Assembly: GCA_047495785.1 (NCBI GenBank)
Contig: JBLDXI010000004.1
Span: 1,550,001 to 1,614,000, forward strand
Direction of reading: 5' to 3'
Origin: Lepidodermella squamata
Taxonomy: Eukaryota > Animalia > Gastrotricha
DNA length: 64,000 bases
The position numbers and the translations under genes are program-made. The notes beneath the pieces are model-generated. The model saw only the letters and a program-made list of their open reading frames with translations, was not told the DNA's origin and made no database searches. Of this stretch, positions 1 to 12,822 are shown one piece after another (the stretch's first letter is position 1; each line of letters starts with the position of its first letter).

Positions 1-2460
1 CAAATTACCATCTGAAGGAATTTTCGTTCAAATATATGCCTTAAGGGGTGTATTTGCACATGGTTGAGTCGAACAGCTACTGCTACAGCTTCCACTGTAA
101 CGACACGAGTCCTTGAAACTGAAATACTGCCTGTTGTAGTAGGGCAGATCGGCCATAGTTCCATCCGATAGCAATAAGCCATTTGTCGGTAACAACTCGT
201 TGATTTCTTCGACGAAAATCTGAGAAGGCTGGCCGTTGCCAAGGTTTACTTCGATGTATGAAGCATTGTCGACGCCGTAAGAAATGCAGTTCTGATCGAC
301 CATGATGTTGATGTCGTATTTGCCAACTGGAAGATTCCTGCAAACTCCGTCAACTTGGATCGAAAAATAAAAGACAGTAATTGAGAGTAGGGATCAAATT
401 TTCATTGCGAGGTTGAGGGTTCAATTATTTTTTCGATCGGGATAGGGGGGTGGGGGGGGGGGGTTCAGTTTTGAAATGTTCAAAACACTGCGCGAAGTAG
501 AATCCTGGAACTAGGGGGTATTTTCGGGCACCCTTTTTCGGTTTTCCAATTCAATTCGAGCTGATTTTGATTTTAAATCTTTAATTGCCGCTTACGATTG
601 AAAGTTGTCGCGCCAACCGCCATTCGCCCAGCCGTGTAGTTGGCATCTTGAGCCTGGTACAGCGTGTGCTCAATCGGAAACGGATCCGCGCATTGGCGGC
701 CGTTGATGAGCGCGAAAAATCGAATGCATCGCTTGTAGACATCGAACATCACCTTGGCGTGCCAGTAGATGCGCAACAACGAAGTAGCACTTCGCTTCTT
801 ATATTTCAGAATTTGCTGAAAGAAACATTTCAAAATGGAATTAGGGCGATGTGGGTTTGTCTTACGTAGGGAAGTTGCCTTTCTCCTGTTGTATACGGCA
901 CCGACTCTTGAAATTGATCTGAAACAGTATTGAATACTGTCGAAGATCGACAAATCGCAGCATCATCTGACGGTGAAATGGGAGCATTGTGCAAACAATA
1001 AATATAAATTGAAAGGCATTGTTCAAACCTGTTTTGAAAAGATAACTAGCAGGTATGAATTCTTCGAAGTAAATGAAGCTCGGTGTAGGGTAGGAATTCA
1101 TGACAACTCCAATCGAGACGGCCATGCGCTGAACGAGCTCCCGCCGCAAGGACACGCCGTACGAACGATCACCACGCGGCACCTCGTTAAATGTACACAG
1201 CATTTCGCCTATATGCCATAGCGTAAAAGTGTGTTCTAATATCGGGCTTTGACTTACCCCCCACGGCAACGCCAGCATCTGCGCTGTAGCCAGGATTTTT
1301 CATATCGCGACCGATGTGGTGTGTGAGGCTGATATTAAGCCAATATCGAAACTGGGTTCGATGTTAGGTAATGTGTTCCTACCCTTTCTCGCCCATGCAC
1401 AAATTGCCGTTTAGAGTCACGTCAACGTAAGCCACTTCTTTTCCGCAACAACTCTGTTCCCATATATACCTTTCGATTAATGAAGGCTCAATCATTCTAT
1501 CAGAACGATATCAAGCACTTACCATGTGAAGCTCATTGATACTCGAACGTGAGTGAAATCGTGAAGCTTTTTCCAAGTTCCTTGCTGTTTTTAAGTAAAT
1601 ATCCAGCAATTTTATGAGCTGCCGAATAATTTTCTTTATCGTTCACTTTTTATTCCAGCACGGAAAATGGAAAATCATAAAAATCATAAAAATTGGACGC
1701 GCAATATTGGAAATTGAAAAATTGAGGGAAATTGAGGGAGAAGGGATACCTCAGCGAATGATTGCATGACCTTGATAATATTGATTAAGCGACGATCTCA
1801 CCTTGAAGTTCGGTATGGCTGTATAACCGCTGATATTTCGCGAGAACTGCGTGAAATGAACCCTGCGCGGATATTCAACACAGCCGTTTTCTTCGCCTGT
1901 AAATCGAATACATGTTATGCTTGTTTGGAAAATATCTCGGTTTCCTCCGTACCAGCGCAATACGACTTTGACCCTACGCAGTCCTGAACACAAACTGGAG
2001 TGATCGCATTGGGGTCATTCGACGTTGGGATTGGGCAGAAATTATCGCAATCTTGCACGCCATTTCGCCGATCGGTCACTCCTTCGTCGAAATTCATCGC
2101 CGAGATGAGAACGCCCCGCATCATCAGGGCAGAAGTGCTGCTCCAATGCTCTGACCTGTCGAAATCTCGTGCTTGGACCTTGGTGGCTCGCATCAGGATG
2201 CAGGTGCGGTTGTACGGCTCGAAGAAGGCTGTTCGACACGGCGGGTTGGCCGAGGACAGGCATCGCGTGGCACAGCTCGATTGGTCCTTAGTCGTGAGTT
2301 GAGGCTGGATAATGTAACGCCCGAGAGCAATGTCCATCATATCGAGGGTGATGAAAGATTCCGAGGTCTGTATCATGCGCGTGCATTTGCCTCGGAATAT
2401 CATCTCGCCCACAGCTGGAATTGTCCATAGTGCAAAGACAAAAGCTAGGTTTGCAATCAT
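1..2460 (-). CDS. Secreted PAN/apple + CTHRC1-C-terminal-like repeat protein, copy A (multi-exon; 3' end runs off the window)
   Basis: ATG at 2460 with signal peptide MIANLAFVFALWTIPAVG; PAN-type Cys pattern CATRC..CRTAFF..CILM. Later exons LRIYWH..CIRFFALINGRQCADPFPIE..CRNLP.G..SQIFVEEI resemble the CTHRC1 C-terminal domain. Exons are colinear with copies B and C and bounded by GT-AG. Confidence 0.8.
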
Positions 2461-3399
2461 TTTTTCGTGTCAAATTTTGTGATACTGCCCGTAACGAAAA
2501 TGTAACATCGGCGCGTAGATAAATCAAAAACCGGCGCTATTGACGAGGGCGCGATAAATTATTGAGAACACGTAGCGTCGCGCTGTCAAAAACACACTAT
2601 CTCTTTTTTGTGTTTTGAATTGATAACCCAAGTACTGCAATCAAGAATTCTCATTCCGCCGTAATCCGACTTGTTAATAAAACATTCAGCCTAGACATCT
2701 CAAGCTTGTCTGAAGCTCAGACGTTCAAAGTGGCAAATGACCTGGACATCTACAATTGTCTCGCGGCAGTTCGACCGGTAAGGTCGATTTAGCTCTTCCA
2801 TCTCTTTCATTCCTTCGCCTTGTAAACACTCTCTCATTATAAAAGAATTCGGGGGGCGAGCGCGGCGGTTCGGTCAGGGTTATGGCACGACTTGAGAAAC
2901 GCAATCTTAAATATGAAACGATAATCAATTTCTACCAGGGATATGAACGCTAAAACGTCAGATCAAATCGAAGATCGAAAGAATACTACTTTCTAGTGGC
3001 GCCTCTTTTGATCCTGGATCAAATTTTTCGCATTAATTATTTACAGGGTATGTACTCGAGCGGAAATATATGGAAAACAAGCATCCGATTGTCTCATCGG
3101 AGATCGGCCGGTAAGCTTATTGATTAATCAATCAATGTTTAATGTTTCAATGTTGCTTGGGGTTCATCCCCACCAGGCAGTCGAAGTTGCAGGAAGCAAC
3201 GCGTTCAGGCTGGTAACAGCTGGCTCTCATACTCTCCAAACTGCAGGAAAGATTCAACAGGTCAACGCTTGTCTAGCATTACATCTCTGGCTAAGATTTA
3301 TTATTCAGTAAGATTGAACTCGTGTTCTTTACTGAAATCCTTTTTCGCTTCCTGACAGTAATAACTAGATCGAATCGCTTGGTGGGGAAGTAAGTGATT

Positions 3400-6300
3400 T
3401 CAACATTTGGACGACTTTGCCCTAATTGCACCTCGCGATACCAGCAGATCGATGGCAACTAGTCTGTCGAGACAAATCGCAAGATCCAGAGCTGTCCGGC
3501 CACTGTCATCTTTGAAATCCATATCTGCCCCCGCATCCAGCAGAAACGGAACAGCGCTGACCTGACCAACGAAAACCGCTTGCATCACTGCCGTCCTGCC
3601 ATTGTTGTTCGTGGCGTCGATGGCCGCGTTGCGATCCAGCAACAGCCGTATTTTTTCTATGTCCCCAAGCATAGTAGCTTGCATCAATGCGGTCGAACCG
3701 TCGTTATCCTTCGCCTCTATCGAAGCGTTTCGATCTAGTAAAAGGCGTAAAGCGTCGATATTTCCGTACGAAGCCGCATGTATCAAAGCCGTGTATCCTT
3801 TGTTGTCTCTTGCCTCCTTGGCGGCGTTTCGATCCAGTAGAAGTCTTACAGCGCCGGTTTTTCCTTTACTAGCCCCACGCATCAATGCCGTGATTCCGTT
3901 GTTGTCCTTAGCTTCGATAGCAGCGTTGCGATCCAGTAACAGTCGAACTGTCTCGATGTCTCCATTTCCAACCGCATGAATCAACGGCGTGGAGCCTTCC
4001 GCATCCTTAGCCTCGATCGAAGCGTTTCGATCTAGCAACAGGCGAGCTACTCTGACTTGCCCATTCTCAGCTGCGTGAATTAGCGCTGTGCAGCCACTCG
4101 CATCTTTGCCTTCGATAGCAGCGTTGCGATCTAGCAACAGTCGAGCTGCTTCGACATCCCCATTAATAGCCGCTGCCATCAACGGCGTCCTGCCATAGGT
4201 ACCCTCCTTGGCATTCACATCAGCCCCGCGATCCAACAACAGCCTAGCAATTTCCAGCTGCACGTCCGACTTTCGACTAGTGCATAGCCAGACACTGTAT
4301 AACAGGGTGCTATTTTTTGTAGTCGACCTATCGCAGTACGATACTTTTGGGTTGCGCCAGTTAGGGTCGAAGCCGCCAGTGAAATCGCCAATGTCCGAAA
4401 CTAGTTGCCGAACTTGCGCCACGTCGCTCGTGTTCGATGTGACATTCCACAAACGCTCGTACAATTCTTGGATCTGGAGAAAGGCATTACAAGCTTTAGA
4501 TTTCTCGACTGTGGGTTAGGATAACGTAGTGATCTCTGTGAAAATTTTGTAGTTTAAAGTAGAAAGCATCAGAAGTTAGGGGGCTCAACATTGGGCGAAG
4601 TAAGGGGGAATGGGCGGTATCGTACCAAAGGGGAGACACTCCTTAGATAGAGCAAAAAATAAACAAGATTATAGCATTTTTCTCGGAATTTTCGGCGTAA
4701 AATAACATTTTTCCGCCATGAAAGACTCTTAAAATGGTTTCGTAAAAGTGACCAACTTTGAGAAAATTGAAAAAGTTGAAATAACCATCTCATTCGATAG
4801 AGAAGCGCTTTTAGTATTTCGGAATAAAATTTTGATTTAGTGAGAAATGGAAGTTTTTCTCTGGGAATTTTAGAAAGTGATACGTTAAATAATATCTAGC
4901 TTTTAGCTCTGAAACGCTGAAACGCGTGCCAAAAAGTAGCAAAGCTATTTATAACTATTATACCTATTATTTATTGAACACCCTGGAAAAATTCGGAAAA
5001 ATTACCATTGGCGAATAGGGAGATGAGTGAATTAAAATGGAGGTCGCAAGCCCACTTTTTAACGTTTTGGTGTGAATTTATTTACTATAGGTAAATCGCT
5101 AGTTTCAGATCTGTATGGAGCTGTCATAATTCTGGGCCCGAAAATACCCCCTACATAGTTCGAGCATCCTACTTCGCGCACTGGTGCAGACGGAAATCAT
5201 CTGGGCCGATAGGGAGATTTTCAATTTTTTTCCCTAAATAGCTTAAAACCAAAGCGACACAAGAGGGTTCGTTGTCGGAAGCTGAAATAAAAAAAAAAAC
5301 TTACAGGCAGCCTTGTCTCGCAGGAACCAGGTTGGGACCAAGTGAAGTTCGAGAGGCACACTATGGAAGCATTCCCTCGAATCACAAATTCCTGGTTGCA
5401 GGATATATTTCGGGTAGCTCCAACGCTCGACAGACCAGGAGATATGTTGCCATTTTGTATCGGGCCAACAGCACCACACCCTTGACTGAATGCTAGGGGA
5501 TAAGGCGAGGGAACAAAAAATTTACCTACTTGTAGGGTTACACTTCCCATTTATCACTGGACTGAAGGGAGGCAAGCAAGAGGCAGTCGTCACTGAGGCA
5601 GAGTAGGCAAAACCTGGGTTGCACTTAAGACTCACCACGCCTCCTCTTTCCACCACTGATCCTGGCTTCAGAACTACGCCGGTATCTTCCAAAGTTTCTG
5701 GGTCCACCTGGGTAACGAACCCCGCTGTTACGTTTGGTACAAGACAAGAAGTCGTCTGGCTGCGAACATCCGTGTTGTTCGAAATCCAATCGAGAACTTT
5801 GCAGACTCTGCTGTAGATGCCAGGAGTGTATCCATTGCACGAATCATCACCATTCGAAATTATGCCTAGTAGGTAGGTTTTCCTCGACTTCGAGCACATG
5901 AGAGGACCCCCAGAATCTCCGAAGCAAACGTCGCTGCCATCGGCGGCTAAACACATTTTCGAATCGGTGATGTTGACTGGATCAGAGAGGCCGCGAGAAT
6001 ACTCCATCGAGCAATTTCGGTAAGATCGAACTTGAAGGTCCAGCTTCCTCGGGATCTCAGATATTCTAGCTGAAATGAATAAATGCAATAAAGCTGAAAG
6101 TTTAGGGCCTTGGCCAGAAAGGTTTCTCGTTTTGAAAATGGAGGGGGGAAGCGTTTGCCCTGCTTCTATTTGAGACTAAGCCTCTATTTGAGATAGGAAT
6201 TGTGCATCATCCTATTTCATGTTTCAACAAATACCTACTAATTGCTAACGAACCCACACCGCTAAGGAAAATAATTAGGAATAATTCATATTTGAAGTTT

Positions 6301-7831
6301 AAAACCACATCATGGTCATTAGCACGAACAAAAGCACGAAAATATGATACCACTTTTAATGATGAATATTTTTTTGTGTCTGCCACTGAGCTTGGTCGAG
6401 TGGGCAATAATCGGAACACTGGTTCTGAGTAGCGTTTGTTTTCAGGCGTTTCAAGCTCGGGCTTGACAACAATAGCAGAATCCTGACTGGAGGCGATTTC
6501 AAGGGATTTTATATTTTTAGTAATATTGGCTTCCCGGGACTTCCGTGTATGGAATTTCTCTTCTATGATTTATAGCAAGCACTGCTATGTAATGCATATG
6601 TAAATCCAAGGGATTGACATACTGTATGCGAATTGACCCCAGCCAGCTGCGATCCCCGAATCACATCCGTCGATCGCATTCGCTGTATGTGAGTTCGCTC
6701 GGCACATGGTTCTCGGGTCTGGTAAACAAATTGGCCTGATCTGCTGCGAGAACGCAGGGACTGGGCTCGTCAATCGCAAGAGAGCGAAATCAAAGTCAAA
6801 GAAATTCTGACTTCCCTTGTATAGCGGATGAACCAAAGGTGGCAGAGACACGAGAGATTCGCGAGAAGCTATTTCTGACTGGACACTAATGTTATGGCGC
6901 CCGAGCAACGCTTTAATCCTGTAAGAACACGGAATTGCCTTCATCGGATAGAAAAGTGAAAATCAAAAGCTACGCACGGTCAGGAATTTGTTGAGTTGAA
7001 AATTGAAATATCTCACACGCGCCCGAATTGTTTTTAGCTCCAAGCTTGGGTTAAGCTTAGCTGAAAATAAAAAGTGTAACTCGGAGAGACCAAAAAAATT
7101 TATTAGTCTTAAAAATATGAATATTCATAAGGTGCTAATTAATATTCCGAAGCCCTCAAAGTTGTTAATCTGGTCAGAAAAATTATGGATAAAAAATGTT
7201 TGATTTTTTGTAACCTCACTTTAAGTGCTCTAATTTTTCTGCAATTTTTGGCAATCAACTAAGAATGTCCTAGTTTCATGACATCTCATGAATATATTCA
7301 TATTATTGAACCTATCCCCCTTTCCTTGGAGATATTTTGGAGATCCTGAAAGAGGCGTCATAATGGTCTCTTTTTCTGGGGATAAGCAGCCTCATTTCGC
7401 ACGTGCGAAAAATGTCAACTAGCATCGCCTCAGTTCCACCGTGCGGATCTTTTGACTGTCACTGCTGTAGAAACAGTTGGAAGACTCACAAGATAGGGGT
7501 GGTTCCGGAATTCCAAACACAATGAGCAGCTGTTATCAGCCATTGACTCGAGATTAGGGACGCCCCGCAATTCGAGGCAGACGTATCAAGCCTGTTATAG
7601 ATTTCAAGCAAGACCTTGAACATATTAATGTTTCGGTTGTGTGAAGCAAATTCATATTAGGCTAACCAGCCACGGGTAGGCATGTGCTTCTGCAGGGTGA
7701 CTGCCTGGGCCTCTTGATTTCGCTTCAGTAGGTCCAGCATTCGAGTTGTTCACAGTCCCGCATTCGAAATCCTGAGCAACAGCAACTGCAGAAATCAAAG
7801 CTAGAAGATTGGCAGCTATAAGTAGGCGCAT
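3400..7831 (-). CDS. Predicted secreted trypsin-like protease-CCP-CCP-ankyrin fusion protein, copy 1 (~791 aa, ~9 ankyrin repeats)
   Basis: Exons 7831-7667, 7614-7490, 6918-6623, 6069-5530, 5480-5305 and 4473-3400 all have GT-AG boundaries and sum to 2376 nt in frame. Signal peptide; TAAHC, DFALL and GDSGGPL motifs; two sushi Cys/Trp patterns; 33-aa LLLDRNA ankyrin repeats. Confidence 0.8.
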
Positions 7832-8032
7832 TGCAAGATGTTAGATGAAAGCTGAACTACAGCATGAAGAACACAGATTATCTGTAGTAGAATTATTCTT
7901 CGTGTGAAAAAACTGTCAACACATTTCTATCTGTATCTCATTAATATAATAGAGTAAAAACACTTGAAAACACGTAACACGAAGCATTCATCAATTCATG
8001 TTGCATGTTGAGCTCTCCTTAAGAAATTTGTA
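7832..8032. promoter_or_regulatory. Probable bidirectional promoter between the two protease-ankyrin genes
   Basis: Only ~200 bp of AT-rich DNA separates the divergent ATGs at 7831(-) and 8033(+). Confidence 0.5.
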
Positions 8033-11000
8033 ATGCGTCTACTTATAATAGCCGCCAATCTTCTCGTGCTAATTTCCGGAGTTGCTATTGTTGCTCAGGA
8101 TCTTGGCTGCGGAACTGTGGTACCGATGATAATGCCTAAAATAAGTGGCCCTGGCAGTCACCCGACAGGACCGAATGAATACCCTTGGCTGGTTTGTTCA
8201 GTTCAAATTGTTTTCACCTAACCTAGAACGGAAGCTTGTTCAAGGTTATGCTGGAGATTTACTTCAGCCAGTCAGTCTCCTACTGCGGAGCAACTCTCAT
8301 CTCGAGGCAATGGCTGGTAACTGCTGCTCGTTGCGTTTCGACTGCCGAAGGCACCCCTGTTTTGTATTTTTCTTCGCTATTTCTCTCTAATAAGATAGTT
8401 GAAAGTTGTTTTGATGTGTACAGAATCAAAGCGATGCTAGGGCGCTATAACATTAGCGTTCGTTCAGAGAAAGCCTCTCGCGAATTACTCGTGGCTGTGC
8501 CGCCTTTGGTTCATCCGCTATACAACGGCAGTCAGAATGATTACGACTTCGCTCTCTTGCAATTAATAAGCCCTCTTCTGAAATTCTCGCAGGAGATCAA
8601 ACCGATTTGCTTACCAGACGCAGTTACCATGTGCCGAGCGAACTCATTTACAGCAAATACGATCGACGGATGCGATTCGGCAGTAGCAGTTGGCTGGCGG
8701 CATATTGCGCAAAGTAGGTCATTCTCTTGCTAATAAGGGCCCGTTCTCAGGGTGCGATCACGGAGTTGCCAGGGATGGACAGGGATTTTTGTCCATCTCT
8801 GGCTTCAAGAACACAATATCGTCTTAACGCGAATATCCTATTTTTGGTTGTGTTCTGAGAGCTCAAACAAATCTTTCAGCGATTATGAGCTGGCGTGCGC
8901 CAATTTAGGGTGTGAACTTTCACCCGAATTTATCCACTTCGATCATAAATTGCTAGATATTGCAAGCTTAGACTCAAAATCTATTGCGGTGATTCTGAAA
9001 AATCTCAAATAAATGGAAAAAGTTCAAAAATTATTGCTATTCTCAAAAACTGCTGGAGGAGGTACTCGCCTTGATCGGCGAAGTTTCTCTTGCCTTTTCG
9101 AGATAAAAAGACGAGAGGGTCAAATTTCCTGGGCGAAATTAAATAACAAGATAAATAAAAATTGAATAAGATTATATCTTATATCACTGGGCATTTATTC
9201 ATTTCAGCTAGAATATCCGAAATTCCGAGGAAGCTGGACCTTCAAGTACGATCTTACCAAAATTGCTCGATGGAGTATTCTCGCGGCCTCTCTGATCCAG
9301 TCAACATCACAGATTCGAAAATGTGTTTAGCCGCCGATGGCAGCGATGTTTGCTTCGGAGATTCTGGGGGTCCTCTCATGTGCTCGAAGTCGAGGAAAAC
9401 CTTCCTACTAGGCATAATTTCGAATGGTGATGATTCGTGCAACGGATCCACTACCGGGATCTACAGCAGAGTCTGCAAGGTTCTCGATTGGATCACAGAA
9501 AACACAGATGTTGGCGGGCAGACGACTACTTGTATTGTCCCAACCGTAACAGCAGGATTTGTAACACGAGTGGACCAGGAAACTTCGGAAGATACCGGCG
9601 TAGTTCTGAAGCCAGGATCAGTGGTGGAAAGAGGCGGGTCCGTGAGCGTCAAATGCAACCCTGGTTATGCCTACTCTGCCTTTGTGTCAACCGCCTCTTG
9701 CTTGCCTCCATTCCGCCCAGCGATAGCTGGCAGGTGCAACCCTACAAGTAAGTGAATGTTGTATTTAAGGCAAGCATCCAATGCTTGCGGTTAAGGCTGC
9801 GATGCTGTTGGCACAATACAAAATGGCAACGTATCTCATGGTCTCTCGAGCGTCGGAGCTACCCGAAACATATCCTGCAATCAGGAATTTGTGATTCGTG
9901 GAAATGCTTCCATAGTGTGCCTCTCAAACTTCACTTGGTCCCGACCTGGTTCCTGCGTGGCTAGGCTACCTGTAAGTTTTTTTATTTCAAGCTTTCAACT
10001 ACAAGACCTTATGTATCGATTATTCTATTAGCCATTTGAGATGTTTCATTTAGGGGAATTTATTGAGGGAACTTCTACTACATTTAGATCCGTGAAGTGT
10101 ACGCCGAATTGTGGAATGTAACAGCAGAGACGGACGACGTGGCGCAAGTTCGGCAACTCGTTTCGGAAATCGACGATTCCACTGGTGGCAAGTTCGATCC
10201 GAATTGGCGCAACCCAAATGTATCACATTGCGACAAGTCGACTACAAAGAACAGCACCTTGTTATACAGTGTCTGGCTGTGTTCTGGTCGAGAATCAGAC
10301 GTGCAGCTGGAAATTGCTCGGCTGTTGTTGGATCGCGGAGCTGATGTGAATGCCAAGGAGGGAAGCTACGGCATGACGCCGTTGATTGCAGCGGCTAATA
10401 ACGGGGATCTCGATGGAGCTCGACTGTTGCTGGATCGCAACGCTGCCATCGAGGCCACTAGTAGCGATGGCTTCACTGCGTTGATATATGCCGCTGCATT
10501 TGGGAAAGTCGAGATGGTTCGCCTGTTGCTGGATCGCAACGCATCTACCGAGACCAAGGGAAAGACTGGCATGACGGCTTTGATGTATGCGGCGGTAAAC
10601 GCGAACGGGCGAGTCGATACGGTACAGCTGTTGCTGGATCGCAACGCTGCGATTGATGCCAAGGATAACAATGGCTTCACCGCGCTCGCAATGGCAGCTT
10701 TGAATGGGAATTTCGAGGTGTTTCGCCTTTTGCTGGATCGCAAAGCTTCCACGGGAGTAAAAAATAGCAGAGGCTACACTACGTTGATGACTGTGGCAAC
10801 TGAGAGCGTGCCAGTTGAAATTCTACAACTTTTGCTAGATCACGGCTCAGATATCGAGGCCAAGGACCTAACCGGAATGACAACGTTGATGCATATGGCT
10901 TCGAGCGGGAAAATCGAAGTAGCACGGCTGCTGCTAGATCGGAACGCTAGAACTGAGGCAAAGGATGAAGATGGCTGGACGGCTTTGATCTATGCGGTTA

Positions 11001-12061
11001 TGAGTGGGCAAGTCGCAGCAGTTCGACTATTGCTGGACCGCGGGGCTGATATCGACGCGAAGGATAACGACGGCGCCACAGTGTTGGCAATGATGGCCCA
11101 AGACGGTAAGGTGGAAATGGTACAGCTTTTGCTGGATCGCAACGCCTCCATCGAGGCTCGCGATTCGAAAGGCTCGACTCCGCTGATGTACGCAGCCAGG
11201 ACTGGGCAAGTCGCATCGATCCGACTGTTACTGGATCGCAACGCTGCGATTGAGGCTAAAGATAACAAGGGCAACACGGCGTTGATGCAAGCTGCTATGG
11301 TGGGGAAAATCGAAGCAGCTGGACTTTTGCTGGACCGTAAAGCTGCGATTGAGGCGAAGAATTACAATAACAACACAGCATTGATGCATGCTGTTGCGAA
11401 TGCGCAAATCGGAGTAATTCGCCTGTTACTGGATCGCAACGCATCCACCGAGGCTAAGGACAAGGATGGGTTCACGGCTCTGATGCATGCGGCTATGAGA
11501 GGGCAAGTCGAAACGGTACAACTGCTGCTGAATCGCAACGCTGCGATCGACGCGAAAACTTACTTCGGCTCGACGGCTCTGATGCAAGCGGCTGCGAAGG
11601 GGCATGTCGCAGTAGTTCGACTTTTGCTAGGTCGGAACGCGTCCGTAAATGCTGGTAACAGCGACGGCAACACGGCGCTGATGTACGCAGCTGCGGATGG
11701 GAGGTTCGAAATAGCTCGACTGTTGCTGGATCGCAACGCTAGCACTGAAGCTAAGGATGTCAATGGCTTGACAGCACTGATGTATGCGGCTAGGTACGGG
11801 CAAGTCGCATTTGTCCGACTGCTGCTGGATCGCAAAGCAGCCATCGAGGCTAAAGATAAAGAAGGCAGAACGGCGTTGATGTTTGCGGCTTTTTATGGCT
11901 GGGCCGATGTAGTTCGACTGTTGCTCGATAGAGGTGCAAATAAGGATGTCAGGAATATCTATGGCGAAACACCTCTCGACCAAGCAATTTATGCAAACAA
12001 AACAGAAGCGGCCGACCTGCTGATGTTGCGGGGTGCGAGTCGAGCTTGGTCTTTAGGTTGA
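8033..12061 (+). CDS. Predicted secreted trypsin-like (His-to-Arg pseudo)protease-CCP-CCP-ankyrin fusion protein, copy 2 (~1085 aa, ~18 ankyrin repeats)
   Basis: Exons 8033-8191, 8245-8363, 8424-8713, 9208-9747, 9796-9971 and 10088-12061 sum to 3258 nt in frame, with the same intron positions as copy 1. Motifs TAARC, DYDFALL and GDSGGPL. Confidence 0.8.
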
Positions 12062-12288
12062 AATCGCCTACTACCGCGCACACTAACGCATTGTTAATGA
12101 ATGCTTCCTATGGTCAATTCTAGTATCATCTCATTATGACTATGATCTTCTATTTTACTATCAAGATTCAGCCGGCTTGAATAAGGTTCGAAATTAAAAT
12201 AAAATGGTTCTCTCGCATCGGCTTTCTCGCATCGCGAAGTACAGGGGTGTCGGGGACTATAAACAGAGGAAGGCTAAAACATCTACAG

Positions 12289-12536
12289 CAGTGTGCGATC
12301 TTGGATTCCCGAGCTGCCGGGGATGGAAAAAATTTTTTTGCTGTTTTTGCCAAAATTACTAGTTATTTTGGCGAATAACCGAGCGAAGCGAGAAAATGTT
12401 GAAGATTTTCTACTAAAACACGCTCCAGAACCTTTCAAAATTGACGAAATAGGGAGATAAATTCTCATTTTGTCGTCTGGCCCGGCCGAGCTGGGGGGGA
12501 TGATCCCCCCACCCCCCCCCTGAAAGTCGCACACTG
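12289..12536. mobile_element. hAT-type MITE
   Basis: TIR CAGTGTGCGA...TCGCACACTG and an exact 8-bp TSD ATCTACAG on both sides; a homologous copy lies at 63157-63402. Confidence 0.9.
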
Positions 12537-12549
12537 ATCTACAGGAGGA

Positions 12550-12626
12550 CCCTTTGGTTTCTTCGGCTGGGTGCTAGAAACTGGCTAGAAAACACCTCAG
12601 CCACCGGATCCTACTTCCCACACTGT
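12550..12626. mobile_element. Terminal fragment of a second CAGTGTG-ended (hAT-like) repeat
   Basis: Its reverse complement matches 63663-63722 (CAGTGTGnGAAGTAGGATCCGG..GCTGAGGTGTTTTCTAGCC). Similar ends occur at ~487, ~5170 and ~26340. No TSD pair was identified. Confidence 0.55.
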
Positions 12627-12822
12627 ACGCGACTGGCTGGCTAAAAAATGTACAAGTTTAAGGATATCGTTCAAGTATTATTAGCTTCGATTGGGAACGT
12701 AATAGAATAACTCAGGCGACTCATTCGGAGATCTGTCCCCGATGATTCAAAGGCATTTGGTGAAAGTATTTTCAGGTCGGATAGCTAGGCTCGATCTGCT
12801 TTCGAGCCGCGTTGAAACATTA

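Noticed and set aside
440-465. Poly-G tract as a functional G-quadruplex
   Set aside because: It lies in an intron next to a repeat end, and similar G/C runs occur inside the hAT MITEs; nothing supports a function.
2000-2430. Many antisense or overlapping ORFs in the track (opposite the PAN, ankyrin and LGIC genes)
   Set aside because: These are shadow ORFs of real coding sequence with no independent motifs; their recurrence reflects paralogy of the sense genes.
3400-4464. Ankyrin ORFs (also 10097-12061) as stand-alone bacterial or endosymbiont-type ankyrin genes
   Set aside because: They begin at TTG/GTG just after in-frame splice acceptors and join upstream spliced exons, and the context is intron-rich eukaryotic DNA.
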